Virus record (IMG/VR): IMGVR_UViG_3300032116_000001
Span: 124,001 to 188,000 of that record
Length of the DNA stretch: 64,000 nt
Reading direction: 5' to 3' (one strand)
Every line of letters starts with the position of its first letter. The first letter of the stretch is position 1. Both the position numbers and the translations under genes were made by a program. The notes beneath the pieces were generated by a model. That model ran no database searches, was not told the DNA's origin, and saw only the letters and a list, made by a program, of their open reading frames with translations. Shown piece after piece: positions 47,248 to 57,900 of the stretch.

Positions 47248-48038
47248 GTTTGGCCTCCGATCAGCAAATATCTGTTTTTAAATTCAGATGTTTTTGGCTC
47301 ATCTGCTGCACACCATGCATTTCCAATAATTGCATTCTTTTTACTCGGGTCACTTAAAGCCACCTCTGAAACTTGGGAAACCAGTTCTTCTATATTATTT
47401 ATTTTGGAAGTTTTGATAAAAAAAAGATTTGACTTCATCAAGTTACCATCAAAGCAAAATGCTCCACAATAATAATCGTAGTAATTATCAAAAAGCCATC
47501 TGCCGTAATTAATATTGCCTAAACTGTTCGTTTCAGATAGAAAAATAATTTTTTCATGCAATTCTTGTATCATTGCAGGGTGATCTAGCTTGTATGAAAA
47601 AATGTAGTCGGCATGCCATCGATGAATTAAAACATCTGGCAAAAGCCCCATAACTTGCATTAAATATCCACTAAAATCTGATGCCGCAAGAGTCATAAAA
47701 GACAAAAAATGCGACTTGTGATTTAAATGACTTTCTATTAAATTACTTATTGAATTCTTTGACGCCCAAAAAACCAAGCCACTCATCACAACATAAATTG
47801 TATTGTTTTTTTTACATTGCTTTAAAATATGAGTGTGTAAATGATCCTCAAGAATTAAAACTTTTTTATCTTTCTGATCGAAATTTAATAAATAGTCGGT
47901 TTTAAGAAAATTTCTATTTTTTATCAAAAATCTTATTTCATCAGCATACTCGCATTTTTTTAGCTCATTTAGAATAGACATGGTGTACTGAAGATTATCA
48001 ACCTCAACAACAATAACTACATTTTTTTTATCTATCAT
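47244..48038 (-). CDS. Degenerate paralog of the adjacent GT-A protein, lacking the acidic DxD motif
   Basis: TIYVVMSGLVFWASKNSISNLI aligns with TIYIRFDDDICWIDNNAVSNLI of 48040..48876. Confidence 0.55.
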   Translation of the reverse strand: MIDKKNVVIVVEVDNLQYTMSILNELKKCEYADEIRFLIKNRNFLKTDYLLNFDQKDKKVLILEDHLHTHILKQCKKNNTIYVVMSGLVFWASKNSISNLIESHLNHKSHFLSFMTLAASDFSGYLMQVMGLLPDVLIHRWHADYIFSYKLDHPAMIQELHEKIIFLSETNSLGNINYGRWLFDNYYDYYCGAFCFDGNLMKSNLFFIKTSKINNIEELVSQVSEVALSDPSKKNAIIGNAWCAADEPKTSEFKNRYLLIGGQT

Positions 48039-48039
48039 T

Positions 48040-48876
48040 TTAGGCTCCCGACACTGACAGATATTGGCTTAATACATCAGTGTCGTCTATGTGCGATCTT
48101 TGAGGAAAATACGCATAATGCGCTACAAGAGAATTGCCAGAAATTAGCAAGCCACGCTTTAATTCTTTTGGTTTATATATTGAAAGCCAATCTTCTTCCT
48201 TTTCTCCCACTTCGCCATCAAAATCAGCCATGTCTTCTCCAAACCAGCAGATACAATTTATTGCTACTCGATTACCGCAATCATAAGGAATTTCCACATC
48301 GGGAAAATAAAATTCATTATGATTACCATTTTTTACATGCTCTAAAAACACTCTATGAACGTGTTCTCCAAACTCTCCGCTTCGCCACCCAATGTCGCAC
48401 AATCCGTCTCCACTAGCCCTGCCTTTATCAAAGGACATTAAACCTAACTCTTGATGAATTTTTGAACAAAATGGATGATTTATTGTATTTGCATAAACCA
48501 AAAAAGCATTTGGATTATTGATTCTCGCGGTTATAAGATTTGAAACAGCATTATTGTCTATCCAGCATATATCATCGTCAAATCTTATATAAATTGTATC
48601 ATTTTCACAACAATTTTTAAAAAACTTGTGAATAGTAAAAATGCCGTCTGGCTCTTCATTTAAATAAATGGCTTTGAAAAAATTAGGATGGCTTTTACAC
48701 AGTGATTCAATGCATTCTATATCTTCATCTTGGGTCGTATTTACCCAGAAGTGATGTTCATCGATCACGTTGCTATTATCTAAAAGATATTTAGCTAGGA
48801 TAATAAGATGATCTTTACGCCCCGATGGGGTAACGCTTATTATCTTTTTACCATATAACACAATGTAATTATACAA
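48040..48876 (-). CDS. GT-A (GT2-like) glycosyltransferase
   Basis: VTPSGRK, IYIRFDDDICWI, INCICW, VAHYAY. Confidence 0.65.
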   Translation of the reverse strand: MYNYIVLYGKKIISVTPSGRKDHLIILAKYLLDNSNVIDEHHFWVNTTQDEDIECIESLCKSHPNFFKAIYLNEEPDGIFTIHKFFKNCCENDTIYIRFDDDICWIDNNAVSNLITARINNPNAFLVYANTINHPFCSKIHQELGLMSFDKGRASGDGLCDIGWRSGEFGEHVHRVFLEHVKNGNHNEFYFPDVEIPYDCGNRVAINCICWFGEDMADFDGEVGEKEEDWLSIYKPKELKRGLLISGNSLVAHYAYFPQRSHIDDTDVLSQYLSVSGA

Positions 48877-48879
48877 GTA

Positions 48880-49977
48880 TTACTGGCCTTTGCCCCAGAT
48901 ATATCTGAAGAATCGGCTGCGCCCACCAGGCATATTGAATTCGGGAACAGTAATAGAGCCAATTTTGGGAAATTGAGCAATGGGAAGTTTTTTAAGAAGA
49001 TCATCAAAGTCTTCTTTGTACATTTTTGCAGTGTCTCTTAGGCTATTTATCGCATCATAAGTGCCAGAATCTGGGTCTTGAAGCAATAATCTTTGCTGTC
49101 TTTGATTAAGACCAACAAGCAAGCTTCTTATCAGAAAATATGTTGCACCGTAAATAATTGCTGGCTCATAATAATAAGGCGCACTAATAATTGTAGGATA
49201 TTTATTCGCGCCTGGCTGGGCATTAACAATTTGTAATGCATGGTGCATAGCATCATTCATTTGTGATCCAGTAAATAATCTTACATTATAGCTTACCATC
49301 ACTGTATCATAAGGGTGAATTTCCACTGGATCGTCATTTTCGTCAATAAAGTAAATAGTGCCCTTATAATCAAGTTTAATTTTTAATCCGTCGGGATAAT
49401 TTGGGTTAGGACCATTGATAGTTTGATTAATAGTTTCGTATTCAGAAAGTATAATCATGGGCTCTCTATTCCCATCGCTACTATACCCTGTAATTCTTAC
49501 TTGCGGTCGTGGGGTATAATTCCAGAAAGAAAATGCTACAGTGGCCTTGGTTCTGTCTTTGTTAAAAATGACTTCTTCGTCGTAGATAGGGACATTAAGC
49601 AAATGCAATAATTCGTGCCTTAGACTTGATTTTATTAGAAGCTCGTCACCATTTATAGGCTGACTGGTTGTAATAACCACGTCACTGGCGTTTACTTCTT
49701 GTATTTTGTAATAACTACTTGCTAACCCGTCTTCATCTACGTAGTCATTTTGCGGGAAGTCAACGCTGCCTACCAGTGAATATGGACCATCTATGTGGCT
49801 TGATCTTAGAATGTTATATTTAGAAACACCAGTCAAAGTGTATCTTTCCCATTCTATGTAAATGCCCTGGGCTTCCGAGGAGTTTGAATAATAAATAAGC
49901 GGACTTTCACTATATGTTTGGGATTCAAATCCCCCAAGCATATTAATCTCATTTGTTTGCTGTGTTTCTTCGGACAT
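48880..49977 (-). CDS. Putative neck/head-tail connector with N-terminal FN3-like domain
   Basis: IEWE..YNILRS..YVD..YYKI; C-terminal adaptor-like FTGSQMNDAMHHALQIVN..AIIYGATYFLIRSL. Confidence 0.5.
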   Translation of the reverse strand: MSEETQQTNEINMLGGFESQTYSESPLIYYSNSSEAQGIYIEWERYTLTGVSKYNILRSSHIDGPYSLVGSVDFPQNDYVDEDGLASSYYKIQEVNASDVVITTSQPINGDELLIKSSLRHELLHLLNVPIYDEEVIFNKDRTKATVAFSFWNYTPRPQVRITGYSSDGNREPMIILSEYETINQTINGPNPNYPDGLKIKLDYKGTIYFIDENDDPVEIHPYDTVMVSYNVRLFTGSQMNDAMHHALQIVNAQPGANKYPTIISAPYYYEPAIIYGATYFLIRSLLVGLNQRQQRLLLQDPDSGTYDAINSLRDTAKMYKEDFDDLLKKLPIAQFPKIGSITVPEFNMPGGRSRFFRYIWGKGQ

Positions 49978-50006
49978 GATTAGTGCAAGCCTCTCTTTGC
50001 TTTTAA

Positions 50007-50042
50007 AAAGCGGCTTGCATATATTTCAATGCAAGCCGCTTT
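50007..50042 (-). terminator. Terminator-like hairpin after 50068..50895
   Basis: 14-bp stem aaagcggcttgcat / atgcaagccgcttt with a T-run on the - strand. Confidence 0.65.
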
Positions 50043-50067
50043 AGGCATTTGTTTTCAATGCGGCTGA

Positions 50068-50895
50068 TTATTTCTTTCTTTTCACTGAACCCTTTGCCCT
50101 TGTGTTTGTCTCAGATGCTTCATCTTCTGACAAGTCAATTTCATGGGCAACAGCAACTTCGTCGCTTCCTTCCAGGTCTACATCCACACTATTATATCTT
50201 CGGTCACCAGCCATATAACCATCATTATTGAAATTGGTCATTTGTTCACTTCTGGTACTTGTACCGTCATAAGGGTTGGCAGGCGGCTCAGCAAATACGG
50301 CTCGGCCTTTTCGGGGATCGCCCGAGGTGGAGCTGTTGCTAGAATTAACATATCGCCCAATTAATGAAGGGTCATTCTCAACAAGCTCAGCAAAAGCTTC
50401 AACAGTTAGTTCTCTTCCTTGTGCCGCTGCCTCAACCTGAGCAGCGTTTAAAGCAGTGACATAAGTAAGTGAGTCATTGGCATAACCACTTGTTGATACT
50501 TCTGATTTTTTATTGTACGAGTTTTGTGCATCGAAGGTTTCTGCAACAATTTGTTTTCCGTCAGCATCGGTAACTACATTCATTTTGCGACTTGCTTGCG
50601 CTCGGCCTAATGAATCTTTTTCTTTTTGAATTCTGGCATCTTCAATTCTTTCAAATTCCTCCCGAGTAATTCTTCGCAAAATGCCAGATTTTAAAGAATA
50701 TTTAAGATTATTGCTACTCTTAACATACAGGGGATTTTCCCATGTAAGGTCCACGATACCAAAAGGCTCAATTGCGAGCTTAATGTCAGATACGTAATGT
50801 GGTCCAAGCGTGACGTTCTGGATAATGAAGTCTTCTCTAGGCTGCATGTCAGAGTATGCTTCAATTTTTTCAGCAAGGCTGCGGTTTCTATTCAT
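50068..50895 (-). CDS. Hypothetical protein
   Basis: 275-aa ORF with aaaggag SD. Confidence 0.75.
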   Translation of the reverse strand: MNRNRSLAEKIEAYSDMQPREDFIIQNVTLGPHYVSDIKLAIEPFGIVDLTWENPLYVKSSNNLKYSLKSGILRRITREEFERIEDARIQKEKDSLGRAQASRKMNVVTDADGKQIVAETFDAQNSYNKKSEVSTSGYANDSLTYVTALNAAQVEAAAQGRELTVEAFAELVENDPSLIGRYVNSSNSSTSGDPRKGRAVFAEPPANPYDGTSTRSEQMTNFNNDGYMAGDRRYNSVDVDLEGSDEVAVAHEIDLSEDEASETNTRAKGSVKRKK

Positions 50896-50970
50896 TATTT
50901 TTAACTCCTTTTTGTTTTTTTGAGTTTTAAGACTTATTATAGTCTTAAAAAATTAATTATATATTTAAGA

Positions 50971-51333
50971 CTATTTTACCTTCTTTGCAGAAGATGCATC
51001 TATTGGAAGGCTTGTTACGCCGTCAATTCCTTCTTTTCCAGTCCAGATTTCATTAGATTTTCCTTCTCTGGTGTCAGGCCCATAAGTTTTTTTTCTTACA
51101 TCTCTTTGATCCTTCATAAATTTGCCCATTTCTTTGCGGGTTTTTGTGGTCCCTATGCGTTTTTCTTCTGCTGTGAGCCCATGATGGACGCTAACTGACG
51201 AGTCAAAAACACGTTTTCCAAATCCATTTCCGCATGGGCAAGGCATTTCTTCCTTGTATTCAGAAATAGAAATTCTGAGAACGAATGTTTTTCGCTCTCC
51301 ATTACAATTGCATTCATATTCATATCGTGGCAC
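50971..51333 (-). CDS. FmdB-family zinc ribbon protein
   Basis: MPRYEYEC..CPCG..KRVF. Confidence 0.75.
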   Translation of the reverse strand: MPRYEYECNCNGERKTFVLRISISEYKEEMPCPCGNGFGKRVFDSSVSVHHGLTAEEKRIGTTKTRKEMGKFMKDQRDVRKKTYGPDTREGKSNEIWTGKEGIDGVTSLPIDASSAKKVK

Positions 51334-51414
51334 TAGTCCTACACCTTAGGGATAATTTGGCTTTTGCTTGCCTTAATTGAATTTTGTACAACAAAAGGTG
51401 AAAAACATAATATC

Positions 51415-51606
51415 ATGAGCGTAAAAAATATTATTGATCCTACAATGACGGTTACTATGTATTGTGTCAAATGTCGCACAATGGTGGCGGTAACTGGTTT
51501 GGAAAGGACTGTATTGAAAAATGATCGACATGCCTTACGAGGTCAATGCCCTCATTGCTCAACTTTTGTTTATAAAATTGTCTCCAAGGACGAAGTCTTT
51601 AATTAA
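51415..51606 (+). CDS. Small DUF5679-like zinc ribbon protein (ORF open from 51364)
   Basis: MYCVKCR..KNDRHALRGQCPHCSTFVYKI. Confidence 0.75.
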   Translation: MSVKNIIDPTMTVTMYCVKCRTMVAVTGLERTVLKNDRHALRGQCPHCSTFVYKIVSKDEVFN

Positions 51607-51621
51607 TTAGGTGAAAATACT

Positions 51622-53730
51622 GTGGATAAAATTCAAAAAATAACCCTGGCACAAGCAGCAGAAATGGCTTTGCTTGAAGGTGGTGTTCAGGCTGTTCAAC
51701 AGTTAAACAAAGGAATTCAAAATGAAGAAAATAAGCAACAAGTTAATCCCGACGGAACTTCAAATTTAGACAAGCCAATTACAGATGAGCTGGAGCGCAT
51801 CCGCGCTGAGCAATTAGTCACAGAATCGCTTGGGACATTTGGTATTGACAGGGCCGCTGCAGAAAACTATATGAAGGTGATCGCTGAAAAAACTGGCGCT
51901 CCTTTCACGCACCAGGTTCAAATTTTACAAATGATTGGCCAGAAAGCGGGTGAAATGGGAACAACACCACAAGATATTTTCCCTTTAGTGCTTGCTATTT
52001 ATATCAGAAATAAGGATGTTCAGTTAACACAGGGCATACTGTCTATATTGGCAAAATATGAAAGCCAAGCGCCAGGCATTGGGGTATTAGATGTTGCTAA
52101 AAAAACAGCCATGGGACAACCCACTGGTCACGAATTGATGCAAATTAGAATTGCTCTTATGGCAGCAGGTGGTGAATTTAATAGTAAGGGACTAACTTCA
52201 ACAAAAGATTTGGAAAAGGCTATTTACAGCATTGTGGCCCCGCAAAGCGAGTCTGGAGCCGCGATTATGAAGTGGCAAGAACAAAGACTAAAAACACAAA
52301 GTGGCATAGAAGATTGGCTGAGATCACTTGGGAGATTTCAGGCTAATTACTCTACACAAAGACTTAAGAAAGTTGAAGAGGCTTATGAATTTTTGATAAA
52401 AACATTTCCTAACATTGCCACCACAGCCCCTATGGATTGGTGGATGAAGGTTTTAAATGGTGTTGCCGCAGCTTCGACGGTTAAGGAATATGGTATGATT
52501 GCTATCAATCCCACCATTCAGGGTGAAACACCTGTCCAAAAAATTCAACAGATGAGCCAGATGCCGCTTATAAACCGAGGAGCAAATAATCAATCTAAAA
52601 TTATAACGGCACAATCTGCTCCTCAAGATTTAAGGAGCCAAGACCCTGTTGCAACAACCTCGGCAGGGCAAAACCAGCAATCAATACCAAACTCAGGCGA
52701 AGTTGATATCGCTACCCAAGTGGCCAATCAAGCTAATAATGCGCAATTGCCCGCTTCCGTGGAGCCTATGCTGGGGCAGTTTTTAAACAGCACTCAGATG
52801 GGCAAAGAGCTTTTGGTTGCAATTGACGTTTTTGAACGAGGGCAGCTAATTCTTGACACTGAAATGAAGACTTTGCAAGACATTATTGCAAAGTCGGGAG
52901 CAACTGATTACATGGCAGACGGTAGGCCAAATAATGCCGTTTTCATGACTCCTGAACAATTTCAACAAGCTGCCACACGAGTATACAACTTAGCCACGCA
53001 GCAACAAACAGTACTGGTTAAAATTCTTAATTTATTCAGCTCCATGGTGAATCAAATAGAAAACAGGCCCCAGTTATTAAGTTTAATTCAAAAAGCTATT
53101 AGCGAGTGGAGAGCAAGGCATGCAAAGGTTGAGTCAAATTTAATTACCGCATTTGAGCTTCAGCTAGTTGGACCAATTGAGCAATCTATAGCTATGCTTA
53201 TTCCACAAAAAGAATATTTACAAAACGGTATTCAAATGGCCGCAATGATCAACAATATCGGCGCGGACCAATATGTTGGCCCATTTAGCGCCCTGTGTAT
53301 GCAGATTAGCAATTTGCGCGAAGAGGCTTCAAAGCGATATATGAAAGTCGCCTCTAATGCTAAAGTTCTCCCTCAGTTTAAAAACTATGCCTTACAAAGA
53401 GCAAGACAGCAAATGCAGCAAGCGCTTGCTGTTAGAAACGAGGGCGTCATGGCGGTAATGAAAATGTCACAAGGTATTTTTGGTGGACAATCCCTCTTGC
53501 CAACTGCAGACACAAAGGCATGGGTGAAGTTATCTTCAGAAAGATTCCCAGACGATGATATAGAGAAATTGGCAGACGCTAAGCTCGAAGAATACTGGAA
53601 TGAACTTTATGAAGATTCTCCTGGCGCTGAAGGCTATGGCACAGCCATAGAGCACGCTGTTGAACTACACGGAGTTCCAACAAAGGAAATATCACAAAAA
53701 AGCAAAATGAAAAGAAACCAAGACTGCTAA
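51622..53730 (+). CDS. Large Q/A-rich helical hypothetical protein
   Basis: 702-aa ORF, aggtg SD; internal KIITAQ and AWVKLSS motifs. Confidence 0.75.
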   Translation: MDKIQKITLAQAAEMALLEGGVQAVQQLNKGIQNEENKQQVNPDGTSNLDKPITDELERIRAEQLVTESLGTFGIDRAAAENYMKVIAEKTGAPFTHQVQILQMIGQKAGEMGTTPQDIFPLVLAIYIRNKDVQLTQGILSILAKYESQAPGIGVLDVAKKTAMGQPTGHELMQIRIALMAAGGEFNSKGLTSTKDLEKAIYSIVAPQSESGAAIMKWQEQRLKTQSGIEDWLRSLGRFQANYSTQRLKKVEEAYEFLIKTFPNIATTAPMDWWMKVLNGVAAASTVKEYGMIAINPTIQGETPVQKIQQMSQMPLINRGANNQSKIITAQSAPQDLRSQDPVATTSAGQNQQSIPNSGEVDIATQVANQANNAQLPASVEPMLGQFLNSTQMGKELLVAIDVFERGQLILDTEMKTLQDIIAKSGATDYMADGRPNNAVFMTPEQFQQAATRVYNLATQQQTVLVKILNLFSSMVNQIENRPQLLSLIQKAISEWRARHAKVESNLITAFELQLVGPIEQSIAMLIPQKEYLQNGIQMAAMINNIGADQYVGPFSALCMQISNLREEASKRYMKVASNAKVLPQFKNYALQRARQQMQQALAVRNEGVMAVMKMSQGIFGGQSLLPTADTKAWVKLSSERFPDDDIEKLADAKLEEYWNELYEDSPGAEGYGTAIEHAVELHGVPTKEISQKSKMKRNQDC

Positions 53731-53806
53731 TATTGAATTGACGCAATAATACTTGGCAGTTACGCTCTTTCATTTATAATGAAAGTAAAAAAAATGGAGA
53801 GATACA

Positions 53807-54949
53807 ATGTCATTGCAAAATTTAATTGATTCTTTGGTCTTTGACAACAATTGTGGTGATTTTATTGAGTCAACTCAGATATGTAAATGTCTTGTGCCTG
53901 CGTATATTGGCGCTTTTTCGGGATATGATAAAATCAGATCAAAAGCATTGCCAGTGGATAAATACACGGCAGGGGATACAAATAATTTTGGATTTCAAAC
54001 ACTTGATACTCCTCAACTTTCAAAAAATCCTTCAAGAATATCCAGAAGATATTCGCCCATTGTAAGACAAGAATTTTCTGGACATCGATCTGATGATCCA
54101 ACATTTTTAAAAATTGAATCAAATAATAAAAATCAATACTATCCTGGGGCACTAGAGCGAACAACAAGTTTGATTACTTTATTTAGTGATCAGTCTGATT
54201 TAATCTTTGATCAAGGAGACCAATTGCATGATGGGCTTGAAGATGATCCAGATGTTATTCGACTACTAAGGGCCATGAATAATGAATTAGAACTTAAAAC
54301 GTCTTTCTCGGAAGACATGGCTGGACCAGATGATATTGACTTCTTTACTGATACTTTGATATTTTCAGAAACACCCAAAGAAAATTTGATTTTAGATTCT
54401 AGTAAAAATACAAATATTACCAACAATACCACAAATAATAATTATTTAAATAATGTTTATAGCAAATTAGAGACTGTTATTAATTCTATAGCCACGGAGA
54501 ATCAGCCACAATATGTCAATGATTCCTATGCTGGAGCCGAATCTAAGGTCAACACTTTTGAAAAATTGGAAAAAGAAAGTGAAAAGATAGCTATGAAAAG
54601 AGCAGAAAATCGCATTAAAGACAGAGTTCATAATGATCTTCCTAGTGTAATAGAAGTCACGAATTCAATTGCTCGCGAAATTACAAAACAACCAACTCAT
54701 GCGGTAAGCAATATATCTCAAGGTAATAATCCTGTATCATTAACAACAGGCCTTGACACCCCTGTGACAACTAAACAAATTCAAGCCATGCATGAAAATC
54801 AAAATAATAAAGCAGAAATTATTAAAAGAGAAATAAGCAAAGAAATTCGTGAAGAATCTGCAAACACTATACAGAAGAAATTTAAACAGTCTGAGGAAGA
54901 TAGTGTTAAAAGAATGAGAACTGCACTTAACAGGATATTAAATTCGTAA
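53807..54949 (+). CDS. Hypothetical protein
   Basis: 380-aa ORF, ggag SD, ttggca-N16-tataat upstream; stop overlaps the next start. Confidence 0.75.
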   Translation: MSLQNLIDSLVFDNNCGDFIESTQICKCLVPAYIGAFSGYDKIRSKALPVDKYTAGDTNNFGFQTLDTPQLSKNPSRISRRYSPIVRQEFSGHRSDDPTFLKIESNNKNQYYPGALERTTSLITLFSDQSDLIFDQGDQLHDGLEDDPDVIRLLRAMNNELELKTSFSEDMAGPDDIDFFTDTLIFSETPKENLILDSSKNTNITNNTTNNNYLNNVYSKLETVINSIATENQPQYVNDSYAGAESKVNTFEKLEKESEKIAMKRAENRIKDRVHNDLPSVIEVTNSIAREITKQPTHAVSNISQGNNPVSLTTGLDTPVTTKQIQAMHENQNNKAEIIKREISKEIREESANTIQKKFKQSEEDSVKRMRTALNRILNS

Positions 54950-57900
54950 TGCCTGACCCGTATGTAAACCCTAATAAAACCATTCCATCTGGAGGATATT
55001 TGTGGGTGCCTAATGTCACCCCAAACGGCGGCGCAACGCCAATAGGATTTCGTCCGACGATTGTGGGCCGAGGTCAGTTTCGAAATGATTTACCAGTACA
55101 GACTGATTATCCCAACGGCAGTGTTGTAGTTACTTATGATGGTGAATTAATTTCTTTGGAAAATTCTGAAAATTGGCCATTCTTAAATGCTTTTAGACCT
55201 CTTCAAAGACCATCTGCGGTCAGAGGGGCAGCCCCCAATAGTCCCTTTATTGTCTCGGGCACTGATTGGAAGTGGCAAGTGGATTTAAAAACTCCCACGC
55301 GGCTTTCCGCAGCCACGTTTACATACTCTTTAACAGTGGATGTTCAAGATGACTCTGTATTCAATCTTATAGATCGAGAAAGTGATGATGGCAGAGCTAT
55401 ATTGGCTTATCGATCCAATCCATCACAATCACTTGACATTGACTGGTCTAAATATATTTGGGGGCGTGTTGATGTTGATGACATTGAGTTTCCGCCATTG
55501 GTGGAAGATAAGCCATCACAAATAGCAGTTACGGGTATCCAATCAACTACCGATAATCAAGCTGAGCCGACAACAACTGTTACTATAAAATTTGGAACAG
55601 GATTAAATGCAGAGGATTATCAAATAAGGCAAAAATTAACCATTAAAAATAGGCACGAAATTTCTGCTCTTAAATTCTCTCTTCATGAAATACTTTTATT
55701 TGACGCAGCGCGAGTTAACCTAATCGAAGAACAGCTTCCATGCGCCCTTCTGTCTTATGCCTTTCCAGTGGCATTTAATTACAGCCCTTCACGCGGTTCA
55801 TTAGTGCATCCAAATAATTTATCAACCCCTAATTTTCACGTAAAGCTTTTTCATCCAGAATCCAATACTAATAGTCCTGGGTTTGCCCACTCAATGTCAG
55901 TGAGATTTTTACTTTTTTCAATGCCGATTTCTGGCATCGATCCATTTTCTTTTTTTGGTGTAGCCAATCCATTTTCTTTGTACTTTGTTGTGTTTATTGG
56001 CCCCGTTCCTGGTAAACGAACCCTCAGATATGGCATGATTGGCAAATATTCGAAAGCCACGGCTGGCCGCGTAGTTCCAGTAGATTATTTTACTCTACAA
56101 CAAAATGCAAGAATATTCAAAATTCAAAAAACAGAATCAGAAGGAAGACCAAGTGATAATGCAACATGGACCGATGTTGACAATGGTGAATATGACCCAC
56201 AAAATATTCCCGCATTTGATCCGATTCGAGGTCCGTGGCTAAGGCATTTTACGTATTTTGATGACAATGGTGATAATAAATCTTGGTATAGAGTTATTCA
56301 GACATTAAGCACGGGCAATCAATTTATTGGTCCGAGTTTTCAGGGAAGTCTTTTTTCTGAAAGATTGCCACTCAGAATGGTTGATAGTCCATCAACCACC
56401 ACAGCGATTGACTCAACAACTTTGATAAGAAGAATTCAAGTTGATTCAGGTAACAACCCATTAAACTCTAATCCATTGGCCTTGTTTGTTGCAGTCAATG
56501 AAGACCGTCCACCCGCCGATCCCGTAAATTTTGTTAAAGGTTCATGGAAGCTATCACTTCGGGCAGCATGCCCCGATCCGAATTATCTCTCGTACTCTCA
56601 CTTATATGCAAGAATTTGGTTTGTTCCAGAAGACCATAATATTTCAGAAACAAATATACATGAATACCGAGACAAAACTGAAATATGTTTTGAAACATCA
56701 GATGGGCAAACCAAACTAGTTCGTCGTGCACCAAGGTCATTGTCTGAGCTAATGGTTTCTCCACCATTGCCACAATCGATATCTGATTTAGAGATAGCAA
56801 GATACATAGATGTTGACACTAGCTTTAATTTTAATCTTGGCTCTAGAGCCAAGATGGTAGCAGGGCTATACGAAGTCACTGCTTTGAGCGAGGACGGCAT
56901 AAGTTCTGATCTTTCTAATAATGACTATGATTTACCTAAAATCAACATTGAAATAAACGCAGAATCAACGGCGGTTGATACTACGCTGCAACAAACACTG
57001 TCGCAGGTGTTGTATCCACAGAGAGCATCTAATTTTGATTCCTCAAGATATATTATCTATCCAAAACCATTGGTTGTATCAACAAAATTGGTCGGGGGAA
57101 GTGAAATACCATCGGGTAATGATGTTTATACTGAGTACAATAAAACCTTTGCTTCAAAAACAGACAATAATTCAAATATAACCAATGCCTTTGACCAACT
57201 TTTAACATTTGTTAAATCTGGCCAAGATAATAATATTGGAAAAGTTGGAATCCCATTTGAAAATGTCCCACAACAAAGAGACCCAAACCTTTTTGTTGTG
57301 GCCGACTTTGTCACAAATGATCTTTCATTACAGGCAGGCAAAATAGATACGGGACCATGGAGTATTGTATTGCGATCACATAGGTCCATTGACAATGAAC
57401 GCATAGCTATTGACATAAGACTTGAGGCCATGCTTGTAACAACTGATGGCCGCGTGTCAGAAAGAATTTTTAGGTCACCTTATATAAAGGATCGCGGCCA
57501 AGAAGAAGCTGATTATGTTTATGACGTTGACTTACAAATTCCGTTTCTTATAGGAAACTCTGACACTCAAATGGTTTTAAGAGTATACGCTTATCCTTAT
57601 TCCAGAAGTGGCCAGTTGCTTGATATCAATGCCATTAAATCTAGTTTAAATAACTTATCAGGTATAATACCTTTCGGCTTAAGAATTCAAGAACTCACAA
57701 TTATTGATCATACTATTAATAGGCTTGAAATTGATCAAATAGATTCGGTTTTGGGATCGCCAGCTTTTTATGAAGACTTGCCATTGGTGCCCAATCGAAC
57801 AATTGGTGATCAAGAATTTTGGTTTATCGCTGCTAATGATTTATTGACAACAAGGGTTGTTGATGGCTTGCGTGGCCTTGATGTTACTGGTTGTATTTAT

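Noticed and set aside
6457-50972. TTAAGACT as a genome-wide operator (6457, 23557, 50927, 50941, 50965)
   Set aside because: An AT-rich 8-mer is expected a few times by chance in 64 kb on both strands; only the local cluster near 50.9 kb was kept as a finding.
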